DNA of 64,000 bases. Origin: Gloeobacterales cyanobacterium. Lineage in GTDB: Bacteria; Cyanobacteriota; Cyanobacteriia; Gloeobacterales; PMM-0068. The notes below the pieces were generated by a model. That model made no database searches, was not told where the DNA came from, and worked only from the letters and a program-made list of their open reading frames with translations. The translations under genes and the position numbers were made by a program. This document shows positions 1 through 10,631 of this stretch, one piece after another; position 1 is the stretch's first letter; the number at the start of each line of letters is the position of its first letter. The stretch is from assembly GCA_038245785.1 (NCBI GenBank), contig JBBRSB010000010.1, positions 1 to 64,000 of the forward strand. The letters run 5' to 3'.

Positions 1-1022
1 AGAGGGAAGTTGTGAGCGTTGCGCTCGTGCATTACTTCCATTCCCAAGTTCGCCCGGTTCACTATGTCCGCCCAGGTGTAAATTACACGACCCTGAGGAT
101 CCACAATGCTGCCATTGAAGTTGAAACCGTTCAGGTTGAACGCCATGATGCTGATGCCCAAGGACGTTGCCCAGATTCCAATCACAGGCCATGCTGCCAA
201 CACAAAGTGCAAGGAGCGGCTGTTGTTGAACGACGCATATTGGAAGATCAAACGTCCGAAGTAGCCATGCGCTGCAACGATGTTATACGTTTCTTCCTCT
301 TGACCGAATTTGTAGCCATTGCTCTGAGATTCTTCGTAGGTCGTCTCTTTAATCAGAGAAGACGTCACCAAAGAACCATGCATTGCAGAGAACAAGGAAC
401 CACCAAACACACCCGCAACGCCCAACATGTGGAAAGGATGATTGAGGATGTTGTGCTCTGCCTGGAAGACCAACATGAAGTTGAAGGTTCCAGAGATACC
501 CAAAGGCATGCCATCAGAGAAAGAACCTTGGCCCAGAGGATAGACAAAGAAGACTGCTGTAGCCGCTGCTACTGGGGCAGAGTAAGCAATGCAGATCCAA
601 GGACGCAGGCCCAGACGGTAAGAAAGTTCCCACTCGCGGCCGAGGTAGCAGAATACGCCGAGGAGGAAGTGGAAAACAATCAGCTGGTAAGGACCGCCGT
701 TGTAGAGCCATTCATCCATGCTGGAGGCTTCCCAGATGGGATAGAAGTGCAAACCGATCGCGTTGGAAGAGGGAATAACGTTCCCACTGATGAGGTTGTT
801 GCCGTAAAGCAAGCTTCCAGAGATAGGCTCGCGGATTCCATCCATATCGACAGGAGGAGCAGCGATGAAGGCAATGATGAAACAAATGGTCGCGGTCAGG
901 AGGGTAGGGATCATGAGGACGCCGAACCAACCGACATAAAGACGGTTATCGGTGGAGGTGATCCAGTCAGCGAACTGACCCCAGAGACCCTGACTAGAGC
1001 GACGCTCTAAAGTAGCAGTCAT
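1..1022 (-). CDS. psbA: Photosystem II D1 protein (3' end runs off window start)
   Basis: Manual translation of minus strand from ATG at 1022: [14 protein letters not shown]...[11 protein letters not shown]...FQAEHNIL...[14 protein letters not shown]161, D170, E189, H190, H332, E333 and H337 are present. Missing from the ORF track because its stop codon lies outside the window. Confidence 0.99.
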   Translation of the reverse strand, partial: MTATLERRSSQGLWGQFADWITSTDNRLYVGWFGVLMIPTLLTATICFIIAFIAAPPVDMDGIREPISGSLLYGNNLISGNVIPSSNAIGLHFYPIWEASSMDEWLYNGGPYQLIVFHFLLGVFCYLGREWELSYRLGLRPWICIAYSAPVAAATAVFFVYPLGQGSFSDGMPLGISGTFNFMLVFQAEHNILNHPFHMLGVAGVFGGSLFSAMHGSLVTSSLIKETTYEESQSNGYKFGQEEETYNIVAAHGYFGRLIFQYASFNNSRSLHFVLAAWPVIGIWATSLGISIMAFNLNGFNFNGSIVDPQGRVIYTWADIVNRANLGMEVMHERNAHNFP

Positions 1023-1359
1023 TGTCAAAAATACCTAAAAAGTTAAGGTTTATAGCCTCTATTAATAGATGAAACTTTACAAAACATCAAGAGGGGAGAA
1101 CTTTTTCTAAGGTTTCAGAGAACTTATTGCCCGATTAGTAGCAAATTTATGTGTTTTTGTTTACAAAAGATTGTAGAAAACAGAGTTGCGAAAAGTTAAA
1201 GAAACCCCTGCAGAAAGGATTCTTCAGCTTTTATAGCCCATAGCATGAAGAGGTTTATCCTACTTTTCTTCTGTTACAAAAAGAAATACAAGATATACAT
1301 AAGTATAAATGCTTATTGTCGAAGATGAATTTTGTTATCTGCGTTCGTGATTCCAAAAG

Positions 1360-2229
1360 TTACCGAGGATGAGACACCATCAGCTGCTGAACTTGTTCTG
1401 CATGATAGGAGCTGCGGGTAAGCGGTGAGGAAACCACCTGTAAGAACCCCATAACTTCCCCTTCTTTTTTCCAAGCGGTGAATGTCTCTGGGGTAACAAA
1501 TTCATAGACATCCAAATGTTTGGCAGAAGGTTGTAGATACTGACCTATGGTCAAGATGTCACAATCCACTGCCCGCAAGTCTTTCATGACCTGGACAACC
1601 TCATCAAAAGTCTCACCTAGGCCAACCATAATTCCTGACTTGGTATAGGTTCTATAAGACTTGGCTCGGGTACGACGAAGAAGCTCAATACTACGCTCAT
1701 AAATTCCCTGTGGACGGACCCTGCGATACAGTCTAGGCACGGTTTCTGTATTATGGTTCAGCACTTCTGGATGTGCAGAAAGTACAAGCTCCAAAGCTTT
1801 TTCATCACCACAAAAATCTGGAATTAGCACTTCGATAGTGGTATCTGGCATGAGCTCTCGCACAGCTTCAATACAACGGACGAATTGGGAAGCACCACCA
1901 TCTGGCAACTCATCCCGATTGACTGAAGTGATGACCACGTGCTTAAGACCCATGCTGTGAACTGCCTCTGCTAAGCGTAGAGGCTCCGTAGGATCCAGTT
2001 CTCTAGGCATTTTATCAAAATCGATATCACAGTAGGGGCATGCTCGCGTACAAGCAGGTCCCATGATTAAAAAAGTAGCCGTTCCTGCTTTGAAGCATTC
2101 ACCAATGTTGGGGCAAGAAGCCTCTTCACACACAGTATTGAGGCCAAGTTTCCTCAAAGTCTCAGAAACTTTCCCGATCCGCTCCCATTGAGGGGCTTTC
2201 ACCCGCAACCAATCTGGTTTAGTGGCCAT
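1360..2229 (-). CDS. lipA: Lipoyl synthase
   Basis: [12 protein letters not shown] and CTRACPYC radical SAM motifs, plus C-terminal RSSYHA. Confidence 0.97.
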   Translation of the reverse strand: MATKPDWLRVKAPQWERIGKVSETLRKLGLNTVCEEASCPNIGECFKAGTATFLIMGPACTRACPYCDIDFDKMPRELDPTEPLRLAEAVHSMGLKHVVITSVNRDELPDGGASQFVRCIEAVRELMPDTTIEVLIPDFCGDEKALELVLSAHPEVLNHNTETVPRLYRRVRPQGIYERSIELLRRTRAKSYRTYTKSGIMVGLGETFDEVVQVMKDLRAVDCDILTIGQYLQPSAKHLDVYEFVTPETFTAWKKEGEVMGFLQVVSSPLTRSSYHAEQVQQLMVSHPR

Positions 2230-2255
2230 AGTGCACAGCAGTTTAGAAGACTAGC

Positions 2256-3770
2256 TTATCGTGTTTGAATGGTCTGAGCTACTGTCTGTTGGCTCTGCAT
2301 TTGCTTTGCCAGTGCCGTAACAGAAGCAGCACTAACATTGGTCATCAGGTTGGGGAATAGCCCCAAACCGACCATACAGAAAGCTAAGACCGTGGCGGGG
2401 AAATAGGCAAAGACATTAGGCTTGGGGAGAATACCCAAGGCTTTAGGGCTAGAACCGAAGAAGGCTTTTTGAAGCAGTACCAGTAAATAGACAGCGGTGA
2501 GTACGGTACCGAAGATACACAGGGCAGTAGCAATGGGGAATTGAGCATAGGCACCCTTGAATACAAGGAACTCAGCCACAAAACCACTCATTCCTGGCAA
2601 GCCAGCATTGGCCATAGCTGCAGCCACCATAAAGGCTCCGACCAAAGGCAAACCCTTTTTGCGGTCAAACAATCCACCTAATTTATCCAAATCACGGGTC
2701 TTCGCCTGCTCATACACAAGACCAACGAGCATGAACAGGAGCGCAGAGATGACTCCATGAGAGACCATCTGAAAGACAGCTCCCTGTAGTCCGGTTTCAC
2801 CGAGCGTAGCCACGCCTAAGATCACATAGCCCATGTGTGCGATGGAAGAATAGGCAATCATTTTCTTCATGTCTGTTTGGGCTAGGGCGGCCAGGGAGGC
2901 ATAGACTACATTAATTGCAGCCAGTGCCGCCAATAGCCAAGAAAGGTTTAAGGCAGCTTGAGGGAAAAGACTCACTCCAAAGCGCAAAATGCCATAGGTC
3001 CCTAACTTTAGGAGCACCCCTGCCAATAGGACAGAGACTGCTGTGGGGGCTTCCACGTGCGCATCAGGAAGCCAAGTATGCAAGGGAACCAAGGGGATTT
3101 TGATACCAAAACCCAGCGTGATTAAAACCAGCATAAAAATCTGGAAGGCAATAGGGTAAGGCGAGGCAGGATTGGCGAGCGCCCGAATATCGAAGGTGTT
3201 GAGTCCTGATACAAAGTAGACACTCAAAAAGGCGACGAGCAAAAATACGCTGGAAAGCACGGTGTACAGAAGAAATTTCGTTCCGGCGTACTCTCGACGC
3301 ACCCCTCCCCAGATAGCGATTAGGAAATAAAGTGGGATCAGCTCAAGTTCATAGAACAGGAAAAACAAGAGCAAATCTTCGGACACGAAAGCACCAAGCA
3401 CCCCACAGGTTAGAAGCAGGACCATCGAGTAGTACATACGAGGCCGCTTTTGTTGCTCCCAGCTCGTGATGATCGAAAGCACGACCAGCAGCGTGGTGAG
3501 CAGCACTAGAGGCAAACTGATGCCATCTACAGAAACACTGTAGTTGAGCCCTAGTTGTTGAATCCAGGGGCGACGCTCACTAAATTGGGCTACAGGATCA
3601 GAAAAATCGAACTGGAAGGCCATTCCCAGGCTGATAAAGAGGGTCCCAAGGCTAAAGATTAGCGACCAAAGGCGTGCGAACTTATAATCTCCCCCCTTGG
3701 GTGCTAGAGCAAGTCCGATAGCACCAAAAGCGGGAAGAAAAACGAGGGCACTCAACCAGGGGATAGTCAC
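2256..3770 (-). CDS. ndhD: NDH-1 subunit 4 (NdhD/NuoM), NdhD3/D4-like
   Basis: FFLFYELELIPLYFLIAIWGG and HTWLPDAHVEA...LLAGVLLKLGTYG; polytopic membrane protein; GTG start. Confidence 0.93.
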   Translation of the reverse strand: MTIPWLSALVFLPAFGAIGLALAPKGGDYKFARLWSLIFSLGTLFISLGMAFQFDFSDPVAQFSERRPWIQQLGLNYSVSVDGISLPLVLLTTLLVVLSIITSWEQQKRPRMYYSMVLLLTCGVLGAFVSEDLLLFFLFYELELIPLYFLIAIWGGVRREYAGTKFLLYTVLSSVFLLVAFLSVYFVSGLNTFDIRALANPASPYPIAFQIFMLVLITLGFGIKIPLVPLHTWLPDAHVEAPTAVSVLLAGVLLKLGTYGILRFGVSLFPQAALNLSWLLAALAAINVVYASLAALAQTDMKKMIAYSSIAHMGYVILGVATLGETGLQGAVFQMVSHGVISALLFMLVGLVYEQAKTRDLDKLGGLFDRKKGLPLVGAFMVAAAMANAGLPGMSGFVAEFLVFKGAYAQFPIATALCIFGTVLTAVYLLVLLQKAFFGSSPKALGILPKPNVFAYFPATVLAFCMVGLGLFPNLMTNVSAASVTALAKQMQSQQTVAQTIQTR

Positions 3771-3773
3771 GTT

Positions 3774-4562
3774 TTATTCCTCCGCCTTCTGCTTGGCAGT
3801 AACTTTAACGCGTTGGGTAATGAAGGTTGTGCCAGTAGTATTCACAAATCCGAGGCTAACAGCTTGGTCCTGAGTACTCTTGGGAGCCTTATTGGAAGCA
3901 AAAATGCCACCGGAAGAGAGAAGATTCAGATTCACAGAACCAATCTTGGGAATGACACTTGCCGTTAGAGGAGTCTGGTTGATTCCACCCAGGGCCGGAG
4001 AGTCCCGCAAAGATTTATCAAGCACTGCTTCCACCATGTAGGTACTGCCAGGGGCAACTTGATTCGGTACCTTTAGAGAAACTTGGGGAGGCTCTTTACC
4101 GGAGGTTAACATCGAACGCTCTGCCAGTACTTCCTGTTTTACAAGCTGCCAGGAGCTTTTCGAGTCTGAGCGTTCAAATCGGGTCAAAGTTTCCGTTTCG
4201 CCCGTCAAGGTAAAGCTGTTATCCACTTGATTAAGGCTACCAGCCAAGGTCGTTTTTGCTCTGACGACCACCCGATTTCCTTCTCCCGTGACAGAGAGTA
4301 CCTCTGTCTTATACTGAGGCTTTTCTAAGCTTTTCCACAGAGATTCCAAGGCTGTTGCCGTAGCTTCCCGATTTAGCCCATCCGCACTTTTAAAGTCTTT
4401 CCTATAGAATTCTAGAACTCCCTGCACGTTTTTTTCAGAAGATTGCTGATCTATTCGTTGAGCTAAATCTTGAAATTCTTCCCGAGACGCTGCCTGAGCA
4501 ACTGGAGGCAGTAAGGCCCCAAGCAGAAGGACTGCAGAAAGGATTGAATAAGGCTTCTTCAT
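3774..4562 (-). CDS. Secreted protein with NTF2/SnoaL-like N-terminal domain (conserved cyanobacterial hypothetical)
   Basis: Signal peptide ending AQA; FYRKDFKSADGLNRE pattern; tightly packed between ndhF and ndhD. Confidence 0.65.
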   Translation of the reverse strand: MKKPYSILSAVLLLGALLPPVAQAASREEFQDLAQRIDQQSSEKNVQGVLEFYRKDFKSADGLNREATATALESLWKSLEKPQYKTEVLSVTGEGNRVVVRAKTTLAGSLNQVDNSFTLTGETETLTRFERSDSKSSWQLVKQEVLAERSMLTSGKEPPQVSLKVPNQVAPGSTYMVEAVLDKSLRDSPALGGINQTPLTASVIPKIGSVNLNLLSSGGIFASNKAPKSTQDQAVSLGFVNTTGTTFITQRVKVTAKQKAEE

Positions 4563-4578
4563 CGGTAAACTCCAGAAA

Positions 4579-6453
4579 TTATGTACCCGCTATACTGATC
4601 AAGAAACCCAAAGTTACTACAGAAGTAATGACAATCAACAGATAAAACTGGGTTTTTCCCGTTTCTACGTATTTAAAAACCTGAGAACCGGCTAAGAAGA
4701 AGGCACTCACCAAATTTACAAAGCCATCTACTAAGTTCTTATCAAACCATGCCACCGTGACCCCAATTCCAGCCAATCCAGAAACAACGGTTTGTTCATA
4801 GAGTTGGTCGATATATAGACGGTTCTCCAAAGCCTGAATCAAGGGGGCAAAGGTTGTCTGTAGACCTTTTATGGGAACTTTCAGTACATATAGTGCAAAG
4901 GACCCTGCAAAACCAAGCAGGACAGCAACCATAGAAAGCGTTGCCACAGAGATGGAAAGCTCCTCTTTTGCAAACCAGAGATTGCCTAAGTACCCTGACA
5001 GCGCAGAAGGAACCATCAGGACTACTAGAGGAAGACTCATCACCCAAGGAGATTCGTGAACCATTCCAGCTTCTTGTGTACGGGCTGCACCCGTAAACGT
5101 TAGTAAAAACTGACGAGACATATAAAAGGCAGTTAGTGCTGCCGTAATTAAAGCAATAGCGTAAACTCCCGAGAATGCAGGGGATTCACCCAGCGCATGC
5201 AGAACAGAATCTTTAGACCAGAATCCGGCCAAGGGGAAAACGCCTGCAATACTCAAAACGCCCACGCCAAAGGTTACACCGGTCACAGGCATCTTCTTCA
5301 AAAGCCCGCCCATATTTTGCATATCTTGGCAATCCAGGTGTCCATGGGTCGCATGCTCCGCTTCATGCATTCCATGAATCACGGAGCCGGAACCCAAGAA
5401 AAGCATTGCCTTAAAAAATGCATGGGTAAACAAATGGAACACAGCTGCTTCAGGATGCCCTACTCCCAAGGCCATAAACATATAACCGAGCTGAGAGATA
5501 GTTGAATAAGCAAGAACTCGCTTGATGTCGTTCTGCACTGTAGCAATGAGGGCTGCGCCTAAAGCGGTGACTGCACCTGTCCAAGCAATCACACCCATTG
5601 TCAAAGGAGAAAGAGCGATTACAGGTTCTAGTTTGACGACCAGAAACACGCCAGCCGCAACCATCGTGGCCGCATGAATCAGTGCTGATACCGGAGTGGG
5701 TCCTTCCATCGCATCAGGAAGCCATACATGCAGAGGAAACTGTGCGGATTTACCCACAGGACCTGCAAAAAGAAGCAAGGTCAAAATAGCAGCGAAACTC
5801 GGAGCTAATTGAGCCTTTTCAGCCCAGCCCTCTAGAGCGGTGAAGTCTAAGGTTCCAGCGGTTGTATATAAGACAACGATTCCAATCAAAAGAAGGAAGT
5901 CACCAACCCTCGTGGTCATAAAAGCTTTGCGGGCAGCGGCGCTTGCACTAGGTTTTTCAAACCAGAAACCGACTAAGAGATAACTGCACAGGCCCATTAA
6001 TTCCCAAAAGGCATAGGTAACTACTAAGTTATTGCTGATGACAAGCCCTAACATCGCTGCCGTAAAAAAGTTCAGGAGCCCATAGTAACGAGGCAGACCT
6101 GGCTCTTCATGCATATAGCCCAAGGAGTAAAGCTGGACTAAAAAGCTGACTCCTGTTACCAAGGTCAGCATTCCCACCGTCAGTGGTGTAAATAAGAGAG
6201 AAAAATCTAGGGCCACATCGCCGGCGGTGAGCCAACGGACGTCAAGCGTAATTGCTTCTGGCTTTTGAATAGTCCCGACTAAGGCAATCAAACTGTGGAT
6301 GAATCCTAGTCCTATTAGAGCTAATCCTGCATATGCTGGTGGCTTGCGACCTTTAAATAAACCTAGGGCCCAGGGTAGGGATAAGAGCGCAGCAAGGGCT
6401 CCGTAGAGGGGAACCAACCAAGCTAAATGCACCAGTTGATCGGCATTATTCAT
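4579..6453 (-). CDS. ndhF: NDH-1 subunit 5 (NdhF/NuoL)
   Basis: GKSAQFPLHVWLPDAMEGPTPVSALIHAATMVAAG and FHLFTHAFFKAMLFL. ATG at 6453 chosen from spacing to the GAGGTG RBS; the track starts at TTG 6462. Confidence 0.93.
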   Translation of the reverse strand: MNNADQLVHLAWLVPLYGALAALLSLPWALGLFKGRKPPAYAGLALIGLGFIHSLIALVGTIQKPEAITLDVRWLTAGDVALDFSLLFTPLTVGMLTLVTGVSFLVQLYSLGYMHEEPGLPRYYGLLNFFTAAMLGLVISNNLVVTYAFWELMGLCSYLLVGFWFEKPSASAAARKAFMTTRVGDFLLLIGIVVLYTTAGTLDFTALEGWAEKAQLAPSFAAILTLLLFAGPVGKSAQFPLHVWLPDAMEGPTPVSALIHAATMVAAGVFLVVKLEPVIALSPLTMGVIAWTGAVTALGAALIATVQNDIKRVLAYSTISQLGYMFMALGVGHPEAAVFHLFTHAFFKAMLFLGSGSVIHGMHEAEHATHGHLDCQDMQNMGGLLKKMPVTGVTFGVGVLSIAGVFPLAGFWSKDSVLHALGESPAFSGVYAIALITAALTAFYMSRQFLLTFTGAARTQEAGMVHESPWVMSLPLVVLMVPSALSGYLGNLWFAKEELSISVATLSMVAVLLGFAGSFALYVLKVPIKGLQTTFAPLIQALENRLYIDQLYEQTVVSGLAGIGVTVAWFDKNLVDGFVNLVSAFFLAGSQVFKYVETGKTQFYLLIVITSVVTLGFLISIAGT

Positions 6454-6726
6454 CAGGGACAATCACCTCTCGCAGGCCAATGGGTATGGCAGACGCGCAC
6501 AGCATACAGGATATGGAATCTTTACTTTTCTTAACCTAATACTAGAACGGAACATGTCCTGCGTCTAGTAAAAAATGCTTACCAACAGCAGAGAATATTC
6601 CTCCTAGCAATCTTTCATAGCTTAGAGAAAGGTAAGCTCTTATACAAAAGCTTGCCCCAAGATTTCTGGGGCCTATCATAACAATTCGCTGCTCTGAAAG
6701 AGCAAAAATCAAAATAGATCTGGGGT

Positions 6727-6963
6727 TTACCCTACTTCTGACATCCGGACTAAACGTTTACGGGCGACCTCAATCGGTATTAGCTCTACGGCCCGCCGTA
6801 TATCATCAACGCTTACCCACTCGCTAAAGGCCAAGGTGTCGCCGTTGCGCACTAGCCCCATAAGGTAGGCTTCGGCCAACTTCGGGTCCTCAACGCCCAT
6901 CCCGACGAGCTGATGAGCAATGGCTTGAGCAATATCTTCTCTCATAACAGAGGACCTCCTCAC
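6727..6963 (-). CDS. Hypothetical protein
   Basis: 78-aa ORF filling an intergenic gap; no recognised motif. Confidence 0.5.
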   Translation of the reverse strand: MRRSSVMREDIAQAIAHQLVGMGVEDPKLAEAYLMGLVRNGDTLAFSEWVSVDDIRRAVELIPIEVARKRLVRMSEVG

Positions 6964-7139
6964 ACATCTCAGGGCTTATCAGACTTATTAGTACCCAAGA
7001 TGCGGTTATCTTCTAAATGTAACATTTTTTAACGGCGAAGATGCTTGACGAAAACAAATTTTTAAACTTCTTTCCATATTTCCCCTTTACCCTCCACAAT
7101 AGAAAAGTCAGGGAAACTCAACACTCTATAGACATATAT

Positions 7140-7466
7140 ATGCTTCCCCAGTCCTCTCTGGAAGAACCCATAGCTCTGCTAATGGCCCAACCTGCAGCTC
7201 CTTTTGTCTTGAAAGCATGGGGAAAGGGGGAGATAGCCTCTTTCCATATTTGCGGCCTTCTAGCTTCTTGGGTCTTAGAAGGTCCAGAGGGCGCCATTCC
7301 TGAATCCTATCAAGCCCTGCAGCACTGCGGCCTACTCACCCAAACGAAAGATCATTGGGTCCTTACAGAATTAGGCAGAACCATTGGTCAGATGACCTTA
7401 GAACGAACTCCAAAGTCGCTGATTAAACTAGTTTCCTCCCATCGTAAAGAATCCAGCACCCGTTGA
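7140..7466 (+). CDS. Hypothetical protein
   Basis: Stop overlaps the start of the downstream GNAT gene; likely start is ATG 7140. Confidence 0.5.
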   Translation: MLPQSSLEEPIALLMAQPAAPFVLKAWGKGEIASFHICGLLASWVLEGPEGAIPESYQALQHCGLLTQTKDHWVLTELGRTIGQMTLERTPKSLIKLVSSHRKESSTR

Positions 7467-7963
7467 TTGCTATGGAGACTTTCCAATTTGGTCCTTACCA
7501 GGTCCGCCCTTGGCAACCCCAAGACCGGCAACAAGTAGCGTCTCTTATAGAGCAAGTACTCACTGAGCATGGCTTGCACTGGGATCCAAAGAATGCCGAT
7601 ATCGATGTTATCGAAGTAGAAAAATACTATGAGAAGGGTCAATTCTGGGTTTTGGACCTAAGCGCTCACCTCGTAGGGACTGGGGCCTACTACGCCCGTG
7701 CACCCCAAGTGGTAGAAATTCGAAAGATGTACTTTGTGCCTTCTATCCGAGGGATGGGGCTAGGAAGCCGCTTGCTGGGAGCCCTGGAACAAGATGCCTA
7801 TAACCATGGCTATGAAGAAGCCTGGATCGAAACCAGTACATTGCTTACTAAAGCAGTTAGCCTATATGAACGTTCTGGCTATGAGCGGATTATGGAAGCA
7901 CCAGAGGTGACTCGCTGTGATCGGGTATACCGCAAAAAGCTAGGGCCTAAAGCTGCCCCGTAA
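7463..7963 (+). CDS. GNAT family N-acetyltransferase
   Basis: EIRKMYFVPSIRGMGLG acetyl-CoA binding motif; AVSLYERSGY. Confidence 0.9.
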   Translation: MIAMETFQFGPYQVRPWQPQDRQQVASLIEQVLTEHGLHWDPKNADIDVIEVEKYYEKGQFWVLDLSAHLVGTGAYYARAPQVVEIRKMYFVPSIRGMGLGSRLLGALEQDAYNHGYEEAWIETSTLLTKAVSLYERSGYERIMEAPEVTRCDRVYRKKLGPKAAP

Positions 7964-8025
7964 ACTCGACAGAATTCTAGGTCAAGGGCTGTTTTCCCTG
8001 TCATTTCAACCAAAGAGCAAGCACG

Positions 8026-9237
8026 ATGAGCAAAGTCAGTAGACCCATTTACTTGGATAACAACGCAACCACAGCTGTGGACCCAAGCGTTTTGGAAGCA
8101 ATGTTGCCCTATTTTACAGAAATGTATGGCAATGCAGCATCCCGCAACCATGCCTATGGGTGGGAAGCAGAACAGGCCGTTGAAACCGCTCGCGAACAGA
8201 TTGCGCAAGGAATAGGGGCTACAGCCAAAGAAATCATCTTCACTTCGGGAGCAACGGAATCCAATAATCTAGCGCTAAAAGGCGTCGCCGAGGTCTATGC
8301 CGCTCAGGGAAAACATCTGATCACCAGTGTTACTGAACACAAGTGCATTTTGGATACCTGTCGATATTTAGAACAGAAGGGCTACGAAGTAACCTATCTT
8401 CCGGTCAACAGAGACGGCCTGGTAAAGTTAGAAGCCCTAGAAGCTGCCATCCGTCCTGATACCATTCTGGTCTCGATTATGACAGCCAATAACGAGATTG
8501 GAGTGCTTCAACCAATCACTGAAATCGGCAAAATCTGTACGGAGTACGGGGTAATCTTTCATACCGATGCTGCCCAAGCCTATGGCAAGGTCCCTCTACA
8601 CGTAGACAAGATGAATATCCATCTTTTGTCTCTGTCTGGGCATAAATTCCACGGCCCTAAAGGGATTGGCGCACTTTATGTGCGTCGTAAGAATCCAAGA
8701 GTGCAACTGGCTCCTCAAATGCATGGAGGAGGGCACGAACGCGGTCTGCGCTCAGGGACCTTGGCTGTACCTTCTATCGTTGGCATGGGAAGAGCAGCAG
8801 AAATCTGTCTCGCAGGCATGGCACAGGAGAATACACGAACTGAGGCCCTGCGAAATTACCTCTGGCAAGAAGTGCAGAAAAGCATACCGGAAGTTTCTCT
8901 TAATGGCAGTCTAGAATATCGTCTGGCGAATAACCTCAACCTGAGCTTTGCCTTTGTCGAAGGGGAATCCTTACTTATGGGTGTACACGATACCGTGGCT
9001 CTATCCTCTGGCTCTGCTTGCACTTCGGCCTCGTTAGAAGCATCTCATGTGCTCAAAGCGCTGGGCCTGAGTGACGAACAGGCTCGCTCCTCGATCCGGT
9101 TTGGAATAAGTAGATTTACAACGAGGGACGAAATCCACCGAGTAGTGGATAAACTGGGAATAGTCGTTAGCCGTCTACGGGCTATGTCTCCTCTGTGGAA
9201 GATACATCAGGAAAAAGCTCAGCAGACAGTCTATTAA
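8026..9237 (+). CDS. iscS: Cysteine desulfurase, IscS subfamily
   Basis: YLDNNATT, SGHKFHGPKG (PLP Lys) and SSGSACTS (catalytic Cys). Confidence 0.96.
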   Translation: MSKVSRPIYLDNNATTAVDPSVLEAMLPYFTEMYGNAASRNHAYGWEAEQAVETAREQIAQGIGATAKEIIFTSGATESNNLALKGVAEVYAAQGKHLITSVTEHKCILDTCRYLEQKGYEVTYLPVNRDGLVKLEALEAAIRPDTILVSIMTANNEIGVLQPITEIGKICTEYGVIFHTDAAQAYGKVPLHVDKMNIHLLSLSGHKFHGPKGIGALYVRRKNPRVQLAPQMHGGGHERGLRSGTLAVPSIVGMGRAAEICLAGMAQENTRTEALRNYLWQEVQKSIPEVSLNGSLEYRLANNLNLSFAFVEGESLLMGVHDTVALSSGSACTSASLEASHVLKALGLSDEQARSSIRFGISRFTTRDEIHRVVDKLGIVVSRLRAMSPLWKIHQEKAQQTVY

Positions 9238-9315
9238 CACCATGTCTAAAGTGTTTTAAGCCCAGACAGTAGAAACATATGAACGGACAACATCGTTTAG
9301 GAGTTGAGAGAAAAT

Positions 9316-9687
9316 ATGGCTGAAACAGCAGAAGCGACAAAAACTGGGGAAGCCAAGGGAATCCAACTGACGGATTCAGGGTTGAGAGAAGTGCTTCGTT
9401 TACGTGAACGCAAAGGCTCAGACCTATGGCTACGGGTAGGAGTCAAAGGAGGCGGGTGCTCAGGACTCTCGTACACTATGGATTTTGATAGCCCTGATAG
9501 TGTTACTGAACATGACGAAGTGTATGCTTACGCTTCAGGCTTTAGTGTCATTGTCGATAAGAAGAGTCTTTTGTATCTATACGGTCTGGTCCTCGACTAC
9601 AGCGATGACTTGTTGGGCGGAGGATTCAAGTTCGTAAACCCTAATGCCGAACGTTCTTGTAGCTGTGGCTCGTCGTTTTCCACATAA
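9316..9687 (+). CDS. iscA: Iron-sulfur cluster assembly accessory protein (IscA/HesB)
   Basis: GGCSGLSY and C-terminal CSCGSSF; directly follows iscS. Confidence 0.93.
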   Translation: MAETAEATKTGEAKGIQLTDSGLREVLRLRERKGSDLWLRVGVKGGGCSGLSYTMDFDSPDSVTEHDEVYAYASGFSVIVDKKSLLYLYGLVLDYSDDLLGGGFKFVNPNAERSCSCGSSFST

Positions 9688-9706
9688 ACAACTATTAGCG
9701 CCTTCT

Positions 9707-9736
9707 AGCCATCCTTTATATAAAGGATGGCTTTTT
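9707..9736 (+). terminator. Intrinsic terminator between convergent iscA and PPIase genes
   Basis: AGCCATCCTTTA-TA-TAAAGGATGGCT palindrome followed by a T-run. Confidence 0.8.
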
Positions 9737-9745
9737 CATGGGCCT

Positions 9746-10477
9746 TTAAGAGGGGAATCTACGATCTAATTCTTGAGACAGCCACTCTTGAAACATTCTA
9801 TGGACGATTTCCTGTCGTCTTTGATCTGTTAATTCTGCAGGAATCAATTCTTCAACCAAGAGCAGGTGATATCCTTTTTCCGTTCTGAGTGGACCAATAA
9901 TCTCATGTACAGGTGCAGTAAACGAAGCTTCAGCAATATCAGAGTCTAAGTCTGAGCGATAAAATATTCCTTCATAACCGCACTGGTGTCTACGTCGCTC
10001 ATCAATATCGTAGAGATGGGCCGCTTCATAGAAACTAAGTTCTTGCTCTTTAATTTGATGAATAACGTCATCTACAACTCTTTCATAAGGGACAATAGTC
10101 TGATAAAGTACGACCTGATCAAATTCAGCCTGGTGTTCATAAAAAAATCTTTCTGCAGCATCGAAGAATAGAGAAGTAGCCAATTTTTGTCGAATTAAAC
10201 GATCATAAACTCCTGCTTCTAGATCATCTATATTAACTAGCTGCTGCTTGATCCAAAGCAAAATATCTGAGGCTTGTTCTAGATCTGTTGCTATAAACAT
10301 TTGATTGATATTAGCTTGCACTTCCTCGGGAGCAACGATAAGATTTCTCTCCTGAGCAACTTGATCAATTATTTTTTGACACAATATTTGATAATAAGTT
10401 TCTTTTAGTCGAAGAGTTTTTTGCAGAAATCTCAAAATCTCATCTGGTGTAACACGTAACTTTGAGAGGCTAGACAT
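9746..10477 (-). CDS. PpiC/SurA-like peptidylprolyl isomerase/foldase of peptide export cluster (copy 2)
   Basis: SFYEAAHLYDIDERRRHQCGYEG...IIGPLRTEKGYHLLLVE parvulin-like region; paralogue of 14319..15113. Confidence 0.85.
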   Translation of the reverse strand: MSSLSKLRVTPDEILRFLQKTLRLKETYYQILCQKIIDQVAQERNLIVAPEEVQANINQMFIATDLEQASDILLWIKQQLVNIDDLEAGVYDRLIRQKLATSLFFDAAERFFYEHQAEFDQVVLYQTIVPYERVVDDVIHQIKEQELSFYEAAHLYDIDERRRHQCGYEGIFYRSDLDSDIAEASFTAPVHEIIGPLRTEKGYHLLLVEELIPAELTDQRRQEIVHRMFQEWLSQELDRRFPS

Positions 10478-10568
10478 TTTTTAATTCTATTTTGGTAGAT
10501 TTTCACAAGCTTTACCTGCATTGCAAACCTATATAGATATGGATTTCAAATATCAGTTGTGAACTAAT

Positions 10569-10609
10569 AAATTTCAGTCTAAGACTGACTACGCCTTAGA
10601 CTGAAATTT
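10569..10609 (-). terminator. Hairpin downstream of peptide gene 10632..10913
   Basis: 15-bp arms AAATTTCAGTCTAAG / CTTAGACTGAAATTT. Confidence 0.7.
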
Positions 10610-10631
10610 TTACAGTTAAGCACTAAGAGAT

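Noticed and set aside
12..1010. 332-aa plus-strand ORF
   Set aside because: It is the antisense shadow of psbA; the minus strand encodes a clear D1.
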